Part shown: positions 47,390-59,402 of the stretch, one piece after another
How positions within the stretch are numbered: the first letter of the stretch is position 1
Layout: each line of letters starts with the position of its first letter
NCBI GenBank assembly: GCA_963674705.1
Contig: OY771506.1
Coordinates: forward strand, 768,001 to 832,000
From: Phycisphaeraceae bacterium
GTDB taxonomy: Bacteria; Planctomycetota; Phycisphaerae; Phycisphaerales; Phycisphaeraceae
Direction: 5' to 3'
DNA: 64,000 nt
Translations under genes and position numbers: made by a program
The notes under the pieces: model-generated
Database searches by the model: none
What the model saw: only the letters and a program-made list of their open reading frames with translations
What the model was told of the DNA's origin: nothing

Positions 47390-49219
47390 CTACGCTTCGC
47401 TGGCGTGGATGAATTGGCGGTAGAGGTTGGCATACGTACCGCGTTTGGAAAGCAGTTCGGCGTGTGTGCCGCGTTCGATGATTTCACCCTGATCCAAAAC
47501 GAGCACGATATCGGCGTGGCGCACGGTACTAAGACGGTGTGCGACGACGAAACTGGTTCGGCCGCGCAACAACGTCGAAAGCGCCTGCTGGATGCGCGCC
47601 TCGGTCATGGTGTCGACGCTGGAGGTTGCTTCATCGAGGATGAGGATACGTGGATCGGCGAGCATGGCGCGCGTAAAACAAACGAGCTGGCGCTGGCCCA
47701 GCGACAGGTTGCCGCCGCGCTCACCGACCTCGGTCAACAGGCCATGCGGCATCGACTCGAATAAATCAAGACAATCCAGACGACGCGCCGCGTCGATCAC
47801 TTCCTCATCACTGGCATCCCCCCGGCCGATCCGGATATTGTCCATCACGGTGCCGGTGAACAAAAAGTTCTGTTGAAGCACGATGCCCAGTTGTTCTGTC
47901 AACGCACGCGCTTTGATCTTGCGGATCTCGGTCCCGTCGATGAGCAGCTCGCCGGCGGTCGGCAGGTAAAACTTGGCAATCAGGTTCGTGATGGTGCTCT
48001 TGCCGCTTCCGGTATGCCCCACCAGCGCGACGGTCTGCCCCGGTTCGACCGAGAAGCTGATGCCGTGCAGCACGGGTGTACCCTTGATGTACTCAAATCC
48101 GACTTCCCGGAACTCGACACGCCCCTCAATCTGCGGCGGATCGACCGCGTCGTCGTCATCCAGACGCTCGGGCTCTGAATCCAATAACGCAAACACGCGC
48201 TCCGCGCCCGCCATCGCTGTCAACGCCATGTTGTATTGTCGGCCCACCATCGTGATCGGGCCGAAGAAACTGGGCACCATGAAGAAGAAGACCCACATCG
48301 CATCGAACTGCTCTTTCGCCGTGCCCCCACCGATGTCAGGATTAACAAGCACCAGGTAACCACCCAGCACAAGCAGAACGCTGATAAACAATTGGTTGTT
48401 CAGCTCGATCAAAGGCAGAAACACACCGACCAGCCGATCCGCCCGCATGTTGTAACCCGCGTGGTCGGAGACCAAATCGCGAAAGAGTTCCGCGTTGACA
48501 TCCTCGCGCACAAACCCCTGTGTAACGCGGATACCTGTTACCGACTCGGCGAGCGTCGCGGTAACCCGGCTGAAACTTTCCTGCACGTTGCGCCAGGCGG
48601 TGCTCAGATGATGTCTGTAATAGTTGCTGATCAACAAGAGCACCGGCGCCATCACCAGCACCACCAGGAACAAGACCCAGTCGTAGTAAAGCATGATCAC
48701 CGCGGCGAAGAACATCTGCCCGCATTGAACGATCGAAACGAACAACACATCCTGCACACCTGCGCGGATCGCTTCGGAGTCGCTGGTCATTCGGCTGATG
48801 ATCCGCCCGAGCTTAGTCCGGTTGTAAAACCGCATCGGCATCTGCTGCAAGTGCTCGAAGATCCGGTTGCGCAGCTCGAAGATCACCACCTCGCCGATCT
48901 CAAGCCCGTAACGCATCCGGAAGTGGAACGTCAGCGATGTTAATGCCGCCAGCAGCACAAACCCGATCGCGTACACCCAGGTGCCTTTGTAGTCTCCGGC
49001 CGTGATCGGCCCGTTAATCGCCGCCGCAATCAGCAGGCCAAGCACGGGTAACTGCATCGCACGGAAAATACAAAGGAACAGCAGCATATTCCGCTTCCGC
49101 TTGTGCGGCGCCATCAAACTCATCACGCGCCGGATCAACGCCATATCCAGCGGGCGTTTGTGCGCCTCCTGGTCTTTGACGACGTGTGTCAGCATCTTTA
49201 TCTGCTTGGTGTCGCTCAT
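47390..49219 (-). CDS. ABC exporter half-transporter (TMD+NBD)
   Basis: Six-TM domain, GHTGSGKST, LSLGQRQ, ILDEATS, AHRLST. Confidence 0.93.
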   Translation of the reverse strand: MSDTKQIKMLTHVVKDQEAHKRPLDMALIRRVMSLMAPHKRKRNMLLFLCIFRAMQLPVLGLLIAAAINGPITAGDYKGTWVYAIGFVLLAALTSLTFHFRMRYGLEIGEVVIFELRNRIFEHLQQMPMRFYNRTKLGRIISRMTSDSEAIRAGVQDVLFVSIVQCGQMFFAAVIMLYYDWVLFLVVLVMAPVLLLISNYYRHHLSTAWRNVQESFSRVTATLAESVTGIRVTQGFVREDVNAELFRDLVSDHAGYNMRADRLVGVFLPLIELNNQLFISVLLVLGGYLVLVNPDIGGGTAKEQFDAMWVFFFMVPSFFGPITMVGRQYNMALTAMAGAERVFALLDSEPERLDDDDAVDPPQIEGRVEFREVGFEYIKGTPVLHGISFSVEPGQTVALVGHTGSGKSTITNLIAKFYLPTAGELLIDGTEIRKIKARALTEQLGIVLQQNFLFTGTVMDNIRIGRGDASDEEVIDAARRLDCLDLFESMPHGLLTEVGERGGNLSLGQRQLVCFTRAMLADPRILILDEATSSVDTMTEARIQQALSTLLRGRTSFVVAHRLSTVRHADIVLVLDQGEIIERGTHAELLSKRGTYANLYRQFIHASEA

Positions 49220-51123
49220 ATCCCGTCCCCCTCACCGCTGGCCATCCCCAGCAAGCGTTTGCTTTCGTGGTCCGCGATCTGAAGTGTCGCCGCGTGGCGG
49301 TAATGTCCCTGCGAACCCATCAGTTCCGCGTGTGTCCCGGTCTGCACGATCCTGCCCTTGTCCATCACGATGACCTTGTCCGCACGTCGCAGGGTGCTCA
49401 AGCGGTGGGCGACAACAAACGTAGTTCGGCCGCGCATCGCGTTGTTCATCGCTTCCAGGATCTCGTGCTCGGTCTGTGGATCGATCGCCGCGGTCGGGTC
49501 GTCCAGCAACAGGATCGAAGGCTCGAGCAGGATCGCACGTGCGATCGCCAGACGCTGACGCTGCCCGCCCGACAGATTTGATCCGCCCTCGCCGAGGATC
49601 GTGTCGTATCCTTTTTCCAAATCCATGATGAAGCCGTGCGCGGATGCGATCTTTGCCGCCTTCTCGATCTGCTCTTTCGTCGCCTCGGGGTGCCCGAACG
49701 CGATGTTCGCGGCAACCGTGTTGCTGAACAGGAAGCTCTCCTGGAAGACCAGCCCGATGTTGCGGCGGAGGTCCGCCAGGTCGTATCCACGGATGTCCCG
49801 ACCGTCGATCAACACACGCCCCTGCTGCGGGTCGTAAAAACGCGGGATCATGCTCAAGAGCGAACTCTTGCCCGCACCGGTCGCGCCCAGAATCGCGATC
49901 GTCTGGCCCGGCTCGGCGACAATACTTACCTGTGAAAGCGCCGGCTCGCCGGGCTGATACCCGAAGGTCACGCATTCCAATTCCACGCGACCCTCCGCCC
50001 GCGCCAGCGGGACCGCGTTCGGCGGGCTCGTCACAGTCGACGGCGTATCCAACACCTCAAACACACGCTGCGCACCGGTCAGGCTTTGCTGGATGCTGTT
50101 CGCGATCACCGCGATGCTGCCGACCTGGCTGGAAAACTGCTGCAACAAGCCCGCGAAGACGAAGAATCCGCTACCGATTCGGAACGTCGGGTCCGTCATG
50201 AACAGATGCCCGCCGTACACCATCAGCACCACGAGATTGAGCTGCGGCAGGAAACCGATCAGGGGTACGAACGTCGTGACCCGCCAGAATATCCACTGCT
50301 TCTGATCGCGCACCGCGGCGTTTGCTTGCGTGAACTTTTCGATCTCCTGTGGCTGCCGCGAGAAACCTTTGACCACGTGCACGCCCTGCACGTTCTCTGA
50401 TAACCGCAATACAGCCGTGTCGAACAGCTCACGGTTCCTCCGCCACGCCGGTTTCACCTGTCGCGAGAACATCACCGTCAGCAACCACAAAAACGGCGTC
50501 GTCGCCAGACACCAGATCGTCAGCCAGAAGTGGATGCTCAGCATGTACCCGACGAAGAACACCAGCGAGATCAGGAGCATCAGCACCTCGATCAGCACGC
50601 CGTCGATAAACATGCGCACCGCCTGCACGTCGCTGGTCACACGATTAATGATCGAGCCCGACGCGTTGGCATCGAAGAAGCTGAAGCTCAACCGCTGCAT
50701 CTTGTCGTAAACCTTCGCACGCAGGTCCACGATGATCCGCAGCACGAGGATCGCCTTGGCGATGCGCGAGGTCTTGTCCAGGTAGAAACGTATCGCCGCG
50801 ACCCCCAGCACCGCGGCCGCGACGACGCATACGGTCTTCATCGCCGACCAGTCACCCGGCGGGACGAGTCCGAAGGGGAACGCGGGGTCCGCCGCGTTCT
50901 CATCCAGCCCCTTGCGGATAACGTCGATGCCCAGACCCGTCAGCCCAAGCCCGGACAGCGCAAAGGCCAGCAGCACACACTGCAACCCGATCACGCCCAG
51001 GGCCGGGAGCTTGTAGTTCCAACCGAGCTTGAGCAGGCGCATGACAATACGGGCGTTGGAGGAGCTATCCTCATACATACGCCCGTCGCCTGATGTCTGA
51101 TTTGAGTTCGCTGGACCTGTCAC
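49216..51123 (-). CDS. ABC exporter half-transporter (TMD+NBD), degenerate-site partner
   Basis: GATGAGKSS, LSGGQRQR, Walker B LLDD (catalytic Glu replaced by Asp); overlaps partner by 4 nt. Confidence 0.93.
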   Translation of the reverse strand: MTGPANSNQTSGDGRMYEDSSSNARIVMRLLKLGWNYKLPALGVIGLQCVLLAFALSGLGLTGLGIDVIRKGLDENAADPAFPFGLVPPGDWSAMKTVCVVAAAVLGVAAIRFYLDKTSRIAKAILVLRIIVDLRAKVYDKMQRLSFSFFDANASGSIINRVTSDVQAVRMFIDGVLIEVLMLLISLVFFVGYMLSIHFWLTIWCLATTPFLWLLTVMFSRQVKPAWRRNRELFDTAVLRLSENVQGVHVVKGFSRQPQEIEKFTQANAAVRDQKQWIFWRVTTFVPLIGFLPQLNLVVLMVYGGHLFMTDPTFRIGSGFFVFAGLLQQFSSQVGSIAVIANSIQQSLTGAQRVFEVLDTPSTVTSPPNAVPLARAEGRVELECVTFGYQPGEPALSQVSIVAEPGQTIAILGATGAGKSSLLSMIPRFYDPQQGRVLIDGRDIRGYDLADLRRNIGLVFQESFLFSNTVAANIAFGHPEATKEQIEKAAKIASAHGFIMDLEKGYDTILGEGGSNLSGGQRQRLAIARAILLEPSILLLDDPTAAIDPQTEHEILEAMNNAMRGRTTFVVAHRLSTLRRADKVIVMDKGRIVQTGTHAELMGSQGHYRHAATLQIADHESKRLLGMASGEGDGI

Positions 51124-51394
51124 AACCCCACAACCACTTCCCAGCCCGTCAATCCATGACGAACTAAGTAACGACCATAGACTCGCCCGGCGAAGGTATC
51201 AAGCGGGTTGGGGCGATGTAACATAAAAAAAGTGTTTGAAACGCGCTTTTCCGGCAGACCAATTGGTGTGGATTCGTCCCGAATAAGGGGCCAGTTGACC
51301 ACGTACCCGACAGCGGCTAGGTTTGCGCCTCTCGACGCGGCTGCGATGTCGCGGGACCCGCTTTTCACCCTGCCTTAACCAAGGACAGAACGAG

Positions 51395-52558
51395 ATGACA
51401 GCCCCTACCCAGCGTTTGCTGACCCCAGGCCCCACAGCCGTGCCCCCGCGCGTGCTCGAAGCCATGGCTCAGCCGATCATCCACCACCGCACCAAGCAGT
51501 TCCAAGGCATCTTCAAAGAGGTCTCCGAGGGCTTACAGAAGCTCTTCAAGACCTCGGGCCCCGTCCTGTCGATCGCTGGTTCGGGCACCACGGCGTTTGA
51601 AGCCTCGCAGATCAGCCTCGCCAAGCCGGGCTCTAAGGCCATCACCGTCTCCGGCGGCAAGTTCGGTGAGCGTTGGCAGGATATCTACGATGTCTACGGC
51701 AAAACCCTCGGCATCGAGCAGATCAAGATTGACACCGCCTGGGGCGATCCCGTCCCGGTCGACCAGATCGAGCAGACTCTTAAGGACAACCCGGACGTCA
51801 GCGTGGTGACCGTCGTCTGGTCGGAAACCTCCACCGCGACAGCATCGGATATCAAGACCCTCGCTGCGCTGACGCAGAAGACCGACGCCCTGCTGCTGGT
51901 CGACGGGATCACGGCCGTGGGCGCTCTGGAATGCGAGATGGACGCTTGGGGGATCGACGCATTAGTGACCGGTTCGCAAAAAGCGATGATGCTCCCGCCG
52001 GGCCTGGGTTATGTCGGGCTGGGCGAGCGGGCGATGAAGCGCCTGGAAGAGGTCCCGGCCGGTGCGTACTACAACCTCGACCTGCGCAAGTGGGTCAAGA
52101 GCTGGCAGAAGAACGATGTGCCATTTACCCCGCCGGTCTCGTTGATCGTCGGCCAGAAGGTGGCGCTGGACATCATCTTCGAGAACACGATCGAAGGCAC
52201 GATCAAGCGCACCAGCAAGCTGGCTAAGGCCACGCGTGCGGCACTGACAGCGATCGGCTTGAAACTGATCAGTTCAAGCCCCAGCGATTCGGTGACCGGC
52301 CTGTACTATCCCGACGGCGTGGATGACTCGAAGTTCCGCGGCGCACTACGTGACAACCACGGCATCCACATCGCCGGCGGGCAAGACGGGCGCGGCGCAA
52401 AATGGAAGGGTAAGATTTTCCGCCTCAGCCACATGGGCTACGTCGACCACGAAGACACCCGCGCGGCGCTGGCGGCGATCGAAGTCGAACTGAACGCACA
52501 GGGCTTCAGCGTCCAAAGCGGCGCAGCGGTCGATGCGTTTAATAAGGTGTGGGGATAA
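51395..52558 (+). CDS. Class V PLP aminotransferase (alanine/serine-glyoxylate or phosphoserine type)
   Basis: LLTPGPT, IHHRT, SETST, VDGIT, GSQKAMMLPPG, FRLSHMG. Confidence 0.9.
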   Translation: MTAPTQRLLTPGPTAVPPRVLEAMAQPIIHHRTKQFQGIFKEVSEGLQKLFKTSGPVLSIAGSGTTAFEASQISLAKPGSKAITVSGGKFGERWQDIYDVYGKTLGIEQIKIDTAWGDPVPVDQIEQTLKDNPDVSVVTVVWSETSTATASDIKTLAALTQKTDALLLVDGITAVGALECEMDAWGIDALVTGSQKAMMLPPGLGYVGLGERAMKRLEEVPAGAYYNLDLRKWVKSWQKNDVPFTPPVSLIVGQKVALDIIFENTIEGTIKRTSKLAKATRAALTAIGLKLISSSPSDSVTGLYYPDGVDDSKFRGALRDNHGIHIAGGQDGRGAKWKGKIFRLSHMGYVDHEDTRAALAAIEVELNAQGFSVQSGAAVDAFNKVWG

Positions 52559-52583
52559 ATATCAGAAATACCATCGCATTGAT

Positions 52584-52618
52584 GCGGCCCTTCACTGATC
52601 AAGTGGAGGGCCGCTTTT
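52584..52618 (+). terminator. Intrinsic terminator
   Basis: GCGGCCCTTCACT-GATCA-AGTGGAGGGCCGC followed by TTTT. Confidence 0.75.
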
Positions 52619-52630
52619 ATTTGATAGGTC

Positions 52631-53038
52631 TCAATTGTATATGCGACTAAGACCGTCCAGACCGGAAGATAGTATGTAAATGGAGAGATATGCCGAGGTC
52701 AACAGGATCAGTGACGTAATCAGAATGACGTAGATGACGGAGAATCTATTCAATTCGCGACGATCAGAGACAACGTTTTTGCGCCAGAGACTGATTGAGC
52801 GAGCGATGCCCATACCGCTCAATATGAGTGACATACCCCAAGCCACCGCCGCAGGAATAATCCCAAGCACGAGAACAGGGCCAAAAAGTATGTCGTCTTT
52901 GTGATCATCTAGAAGCCACATCCAACCAATAGGAACCGCAAAAAGGATGAGTGCGATCGTAGACAATATCCAGGGGGCGCGGGGAGTCTTGATGCTTTGT
53001 GTGGTCGCTCGAATTCTCTGCTGCTTTTGGAACATCAT
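52631..53038 (-). CDS. Small hydrophobic membrane protein (hypothetical, AT-richer)
   Basis: Three hydrophobic segments; start uncertain. Confidence 0.5.
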   Translation of the reverse strand: MMFQKQQRIRATTQSIKTPRAPWILSTIALILFAVPIGWMWLLDDHKDDILFGPVLVLGIIPAAVAWGMSLILSGMGIARSISLWRKNVVSDRRELNRFSVIYVILITSLILLTSAYLSIYILSSGLDGLSRIYN

Positions 53039-53104
53039 TAATCGTCTACACAGATGGTGGCCGCACAGCACAAGGGTACTGCATCACAACCCATGTGGAC
53101 TATC

Positions 53105-53776
53105 CTACCCAATCAACAACATCCCAGCGAAGAGGCATATCCAGACGATGTCGAGGAAGTGCCAGTACATCGTCATGTATTTAACGGGGCTGCAGGACTC
53201 GTGGTCGTAGCCGTGTCGCCAGGCCTTTTTGGTGATAAAGCCGAGAGGAATCATGCCACCGAGCAGGTGAAGTGCGTGTACTAAGATCAGAAAGAACATC
53301 ATGCCGTAGGGAAGCAGGCCGATGGTGGAGTCTTCACGGAGTTGATCCATGTAGGCAATATTCTGCTGCAGCAGCTTCCAGAGACTGGGTGTCTGGATGA
53401 CAAGGAACATCACCGCCAGCGCACAGGTGACGGCGAGGCATTGCCGGAAGATGGTTTGACGTTCGTAACGGATCGCGCGCAGCGCCAGGTGCATGCTGAA
53501 GCTGGACGCGAGGATGATGGTAGTTGATATCCAGAGGCCGACCGGGACCTGTATCGAACCGAGCGGCGGGCCGGCTTGTCGGACAATCTGGCCGGTAATC
53601 GCATCGATACCGGGCTCGAGCGTGACAAGGCGGATGACCAGGTAGCCGACCATCGACGAAGCAAAGAGGATGCCCAGTGCGATCAGGAACAGCCACATCC
53701 CGAGCGTACCGGTGCCGGGCGGCAGGTGCGAATGCCTTTTCTGGAAGATGCCGGTTGGTTGGTTGGCCTGGGTCAT
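53105..53776 (-). CDS. Cytochrome c oxidase subunit III-like protein (second copy)
   Basis: GMWLFL, HALHLLGG, YWHFLDIVW. Confidence 0.88.
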   Translation of the reverse strand: MTQANQPTGIFQKRHSHLPPGTGTLGMWLFLIALGILFASSMVGYLVIRLVTLEPGIDAITGQIVRQAGPPLGSIQVPVGLWISTTIILASSFSMHLALRAIRYERQTIFRQCLAVTCALAVMFLVIQTPSLWKLLQQNIAYMDQLREDSTIGLLPYGMMFFLILVHALHLLGGMIPLGFITKKAWRHGYDHESCSPVKYMTMYWHFLDIVWICLFAGMLLIG

Positions 53777-53875
53777 GGTTTGGTAATAGCTAGTAGCGTA
53801 ACGATACGACTGCCGCGCGGGGGTTACGCGCGGTGCGGTGAATCATAGTCAGGAAACGATCGGCTGGGCGGCGGA

Positions 53876-54235
53876 TTACTGGGCGGGACGAACGGTCAGC
53901 GGGGCCTGGATATTCTGCTGATAGCTGCCGGTATCCATCAGCGAGATGCCGATGAATATCGCCAGGAACAGGAATGCACAGACGAGGATGAGCCCGTTAA
54001 ACGGTGCGTCGTAGCGCAGGTGCATGAAGTAGAGTGCGACCAGTGCGGCCTTGGCGACAGCAACACCCAGCGCGATCCAGATGTTGGCCGAGCCTAAGTC
54101 GACGAACGTCACCGCCACGGTCAGCACGGTCAGGCCGATCAGCAAAGCGAATACACCGATAAGGACAAACGGCGGTGAGATGTGGCCGATCGAGTCGTGG
54201 TGATCGTCGTGGGTTGCTGCCTGGGCATCAGTCAT
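53876..54235 (-). CDS. Cytochrome c oxidase subunit IV (caa3 type)
   Basis: LTVLTV, AVAKAALVALYFMHLRY. Confidence 0.88.
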   Translation of the reverse strand: MTDAQAATHDDHHDSIGHISPPFVLIGVFALLIGLTVLTVAVTFVDLGSANIWIALGVAVAKAALVALYFMHLRYDAPFNGLILVCAFLFLAIFIGISLMDTGSYQQNIQAPLTVRPAQ

Positions 54236-54270
54236 GGTTAATCTCGCATATCGCTAAGCTGCAAGCGGCT

Positions 54271-55290
54271 TTAGTGGATCAGGTACAACAGGGGGAACAG
54301 GAAGATCCAGATCAGGTCGACCAGGTGCCAGTACAGGCCGCCGACGTCGACGGGGGTGAAGTAGTCCTTGCCGAAGACGCCCTTGCGTGCTTTGAGGAAC
54401 AACCAGGCGATCACCGCCATACCGACGAGTACGTGGATGCCGTGCAACCCGGTCATCATGAAGTAGATGTCGAAGAACAGGTGAACCTTCTTCTGCTCTT
54501 CCGGCTTAAGGCTGTCCCATGTGAGTTGAGTATGTTGGGCGTTGCGCGTCTCGGAGATACCGGCATTGTCGATCGCGGAATTAACGACGCCGTGGTCGGC
54601 CGGGCTCGGAGGCGGCTTTATTAGTGAGACATCGGCTGGCGGCGCGAACGCGGCGTGGACGATGGTCGGCTTGGCCTCTTCGGCATGAGCCGCTTCTGAT
54701 GCGGTAGATTCAGCGTCGCCGTGTTCGGCCATCTCGGCGTGTTCAGCATGTGATCCTGTGGCATGCCCGCCGGTGTTTTTGCTGTCGATGTAAGCGATCG
54801 CGTGTTCGAGCGCTTCGGGGTACTTGGCCTGACCCGACGCTTCGAAGTAGAACGCGTTCTTCGTGCCGGGGAACAGGTGATGATCCCACTTGGCGTAGTA
54901 TTCAACACCTTTGATGCACATGAACCCGACGCCGCCCATGAAGGTCAAAAAGAGCATGGTCAACAGCAGCTTCTGCTTGCCGAGTTGTGCGGCGCGGACG
55001 GCCCAGGCCATTGTTAGCGAGCTAGCCAGCAGGACGACGGTGTTGGTCGCGCCCCACATCTTGTCCAGCGCGCCGTAGCCGTAGAGGAAAACATCCTGGT
55101 GGTTACCGCGGTAGATGGCGTAGGCACAGAACAACCCGCCGAACATCAGCACTTCGGTGGCGAGGAAAACCCACATCCCGAGCTTGCCTGATTCGAACTG
55201 CTGCTTGGGCGTCTCGTAATGGTGCGCCAGGTGCGGGGGGTGATCGTGCCCGTCATGCGCGTGATCGTTATGTGTCGCTTCGTTGCTCAT
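54271..55290 (-). CDS. Cytochrome c oxidase subunit III with His/Ala-rich insertion
   Basis: [34 protein letters not shown]. Confidence 0.92.
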   Translation of the reverse strand: MSNEATHNDHAHDGHDHPPHLAHHYETPKQQFESGKLGMWVFLATEVLMFGGLFCAYAIYRGNHQDVFLYGYGALDKMWGATNTVVLLASSLTMAWAVRAAQLGKQKLLLTMLFLTFMGGVGFMCIKGVEYYAKWDHHLFPGTKNAFYFEASGQAKYPEALEHAIAYIDSKNTGGHATGSHAEHAEMAEHGDAESTASEAAHAEEAKPTIVHAAFAPPADVSLIKPPPSPADHGVVNSAIDNAGISETRNAQHTQLTWDSLKPEEQKKVHLFFDIYFMMTGLHGIHVLVGMAVIAWLFLKARKGVFGKDYFTPVDVGGLYWHLVDLIWIFLFPLLYLIH

Positions 55291-55297
55291 GGGTGGT

Positions 55298-57016
<1,719 letters not shown>

Positions 57017-57071
57017 CGCTCTATCCTCGTTCCGCCCGCCCGGTTTCGCCGGGCATAACTATTAAAATCGC

Positions 57072-58157
57072 TTACTCTTGCGTCTGTGTTTCAGATTCTG
57101 TTCCGCTTTCGGTTGCGGCGCCTTCATCTGCCGGGGTCGACTCACCAGTACCCCCCGCCGGTTCATCCGTCGGCATCTCTTCAAGCACGAAGCCCTCGTA
57201 CTTCGAACTGATCGACTTAAGCAGTTCGATCACGCCGAGGATCTCCTGATCCTTGATCTGACCCTGGAAGGTCGGCATGACGTTCTCGTAGCCGGCGAGG
57301 ATGTGGTTACCGGGATTCAGGATCGAATCGCGGATGTATTCCTCGTCGGCAACCAGCTTTGTACCATCAGCGAACATGCGCTCGTTATTGAACACGTCCT
57401 TCCAGCTCGGGCCCGTCCCGGCTGTGCCGTCGAGTGAGTGACACGCGACGCAGCCCTTTTCCTGGTGGACGGTCTTGCCGACGTCGATCGGCTTTTGCCC
57501 TTCCCACCACTTGCCGCGCTCTTCCAGGTAAGCCAGAAAGTCGTCCATCGGCTCGACCACAACCTTCGTGATCATCGTCGAGTGTTGTTGGCCGCAATAT
57601 TCGGCACAGAACAGTTCATACTCTCCGACTTCCGTCGCCTCGAACCAGGTCTTGTTGAACCGGCCGGGCACAACATCCTTCTTCACGCGGAACGCGGGGA
57701 CGTAGAAGCTGTGGATCACGTCCTTGCTGGTCAGGACCAGGCTGATGGGTGTGTTTACCGGGACGTGCAGTGTGCCGTCGCTCTCGCCACCTTCATAGGT
57801 GAACGCCCAGTTCCACTTCGACGCGGTGACGACAACCTGGTACGCGCTGTTGGGCGCCTGGTTCAGATTGATGAAACCGCGGAAACCCCACGTGAAGATG
57901 ACCATCACGAGAATCAGCGGCGGCAGTGTCCAGCCCAGTTCGATCGCGGTGGAGTGGGTCGGCCCTTCGGGCACATCGTGCGGGCTCTTTCGACGGTACT
58001 TGATCACGAAGTAAACAAGCAGCCCCGCGATAAGTGCGGTGAAGAAAATACTCATCCAAAGCACGAAGTGGTACAGCCCGTCGTGCGCCGGCGCGATCGT
58101 CGACCGCGCGGGAGGCAGGAAGAAGGTCTTATCAGCTTGTGCAAGGATCGCCAGCAT
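57072..58157 (-). CDS. ctaC: Cytochrome c oxidase subunit II with fused cytochrome c
   Basis: DVIHSF, CAEYCGQQHSTM CuA site; CVACH haem c. Confidence 0.95.
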   Translation of the reverse strand: MLAILAQADKTFFLPPARSTIAPAHDGLYHFVLWMSIFFTALIAGLLVYFVIKYRRKSPHDVPEGPTHSTAIELGWTLPPLILVMVIFTWGFRGFINLNQAPNSAYQVVVTASKWNWAFTYEGGESDGTLHVPVNTPISLVLTSKDVIHSFYVPAFRVKKDVVPGRFNKTWFEATEVGEYELFCAEYCGQQHSTMITKVVVEPMDDFLAYLEERGKWWEGQKPIDVGKTVHQEKGCVACHSLDGTAGTGPSWKDVFNNERMFADGTKLVADEEYIRDSILNPGNHILAGYENVMPTFQGQIKDQEILGVIELLKSISSKYEGFVLEEMPTDEPAGGTGESTPADEGAATESGTESETQTQE

Positions 58158-58178
58158 CCGCTTGTTTATCCCTTAGGC

Positions 58179-59072
58179 TCAAGAGCCCTGTGCCGCGACA
58201 TCCGCGGCCGTGTGTGCATGTGTCTTAGCCCGTCGGCGGTATTCCCGCCACAAGAAAAATCCGATCACCCCGCCCAGGATGAGTATCGTCAGCACCCCGC
58301 CGATACGCATGATGCCCATCGCCGTCATTGAATACTTGCCGACGCTTGGATCGTAATGCAGGCAGGTCCAGAGGAACTGGTCCTTCAAGGTGCCGACCTT
58401 ACCCTCCGACGCTTCAACCAGCGACAGGCGGAATGTCTGTTCGTCATAACTGATCCCGGAGAGGTAGCGCGTGATCTTGCCGTCGGGCGAGAGGATCATG
58501 ATGACCGCGGGATGGGCGAACTGCTGCTGCTCACGGACCCACTTGAATCCGAAGCCGACTTCATCGGCAAGCCGTTCTATCATGTGCGACTCACCGGTCA
58601 TGAAGTACCAGCCGGTTTCGCCCTCAACGATGTCAAGATCCTTGACCGCCATCGAACGCTTCTGTCGAGCCAGCGATGGCTGTTCGGCCGGATCGATACT
58701 GACGGTGATGATCTGGTAATCCTCACCGAGTTTCAGGCTCGTTTCGGATGCGACCTTGTTCAATCCCTGGAAAACGAGCCCGCAGAGCATAGGGCAGTTG
58801 TAGTAGCCCAGTTGCAGTACGACGGGGCGCTTGCCGTCGAGGAAGTCACCCAGCTTGACGCGGTTGCCGTCCTGATCGGTGAAGACCAGGTCGGGCGAAA
58901 CCTGATCGCCGAGGTGGTAATCCATCTCGACGCCTTCAAGCTGCTGCGGCTTGGCATCGGCGGGAGCCGGGGACGATTGCGGCGTATAAGCCTGGCCGAG
59001 CGCGACGATCGCTGTACCCAGGATCAGGGTAATGGCCAGCAGTCGTGTTGTCGCGGTTGTTATCAATCGCAT
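58179..59072 (-). CDS. SCO1/SenC copper chaperone
   Basis: YYNCPMLC, TVSIDP, FAHP; position in oxidase operon. Confidence 0.9.
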   Translation of the reverse strand: MRLITTATTRLLAITLILGTAIVALGQAYTPQSSPAPADAKPQQLEGVEMDYHLGDQVSPDLVFTDQDGNRVKLGDFLDGKRPVVLQLGYYNCPMLCGLVFQGLNKVASETSLKLGEDYQIITVSIDPAEQPSLARQKRSMAVKDLDIVEGETGWYFMTGESHMIERLADEVGFGFKWVREQQQFAHPAVIMILSPDGKITRYLSGISYDEQTFRLSLVEASEGKVGTLKDQFLWTCLHYDPSVGKYSMTAMGIMRIGGVLTILILGGVIGFFLWREYRRRAKTHAHTAADVAAQGS

Positions 59073-59095
59073 GGTTTAACAGACGTTAATGCGTC

Positions 59096-59380
59096 TTAGT
59101 GTTGGGCATGCTCTTTCACCACTTGCTGCATCGCCCAGTCGATAGCGGTCGTCTCGCTACTTGCGGTCATCACCCGCTTGTTCAACTCAGCCAACTGTTC
59201 TTCTTCCAGTTTCACCAGCGGACGGAACGGCACATTGACAAATTTGCGTTCATTCTCCAGGGCAAATTCGTAACGGAACCACGCCTGCGCCGCGACGACC
59301 AGCGAGAACACGAGGATCGTGCTCACGATGCCCATCAGGGCGAGCAGTTTGACGTTGATGTCGTGTGAGCCGGAGGGCAT
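59096..59380 (-). CDS. Small single-TM subunit, ActG-like
   Basis: One TM helix, C-terminal AIDWAM; sits between actF and SCO. Confidence 0.55.
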   Translation of the reverse strand: MPSGSHDINVKLLALMGIVSTILVFSLVVAAQAWFRYEFALENERKFVNVPFRPLVKLEEEQLAELNKRVMTASSETTAIDWAMQQVVKEHAQH

Positions 59381-59402
59381 CGTTTACAGTTCCTTCAATT
59401 CA

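Noticed and set aside
51124..51394. Riboswitch or small ORFs before the aminotransferase
   Set aside because: No glycine or ZTP aptamer consensus seen; the ORFs lack RBS and motifs
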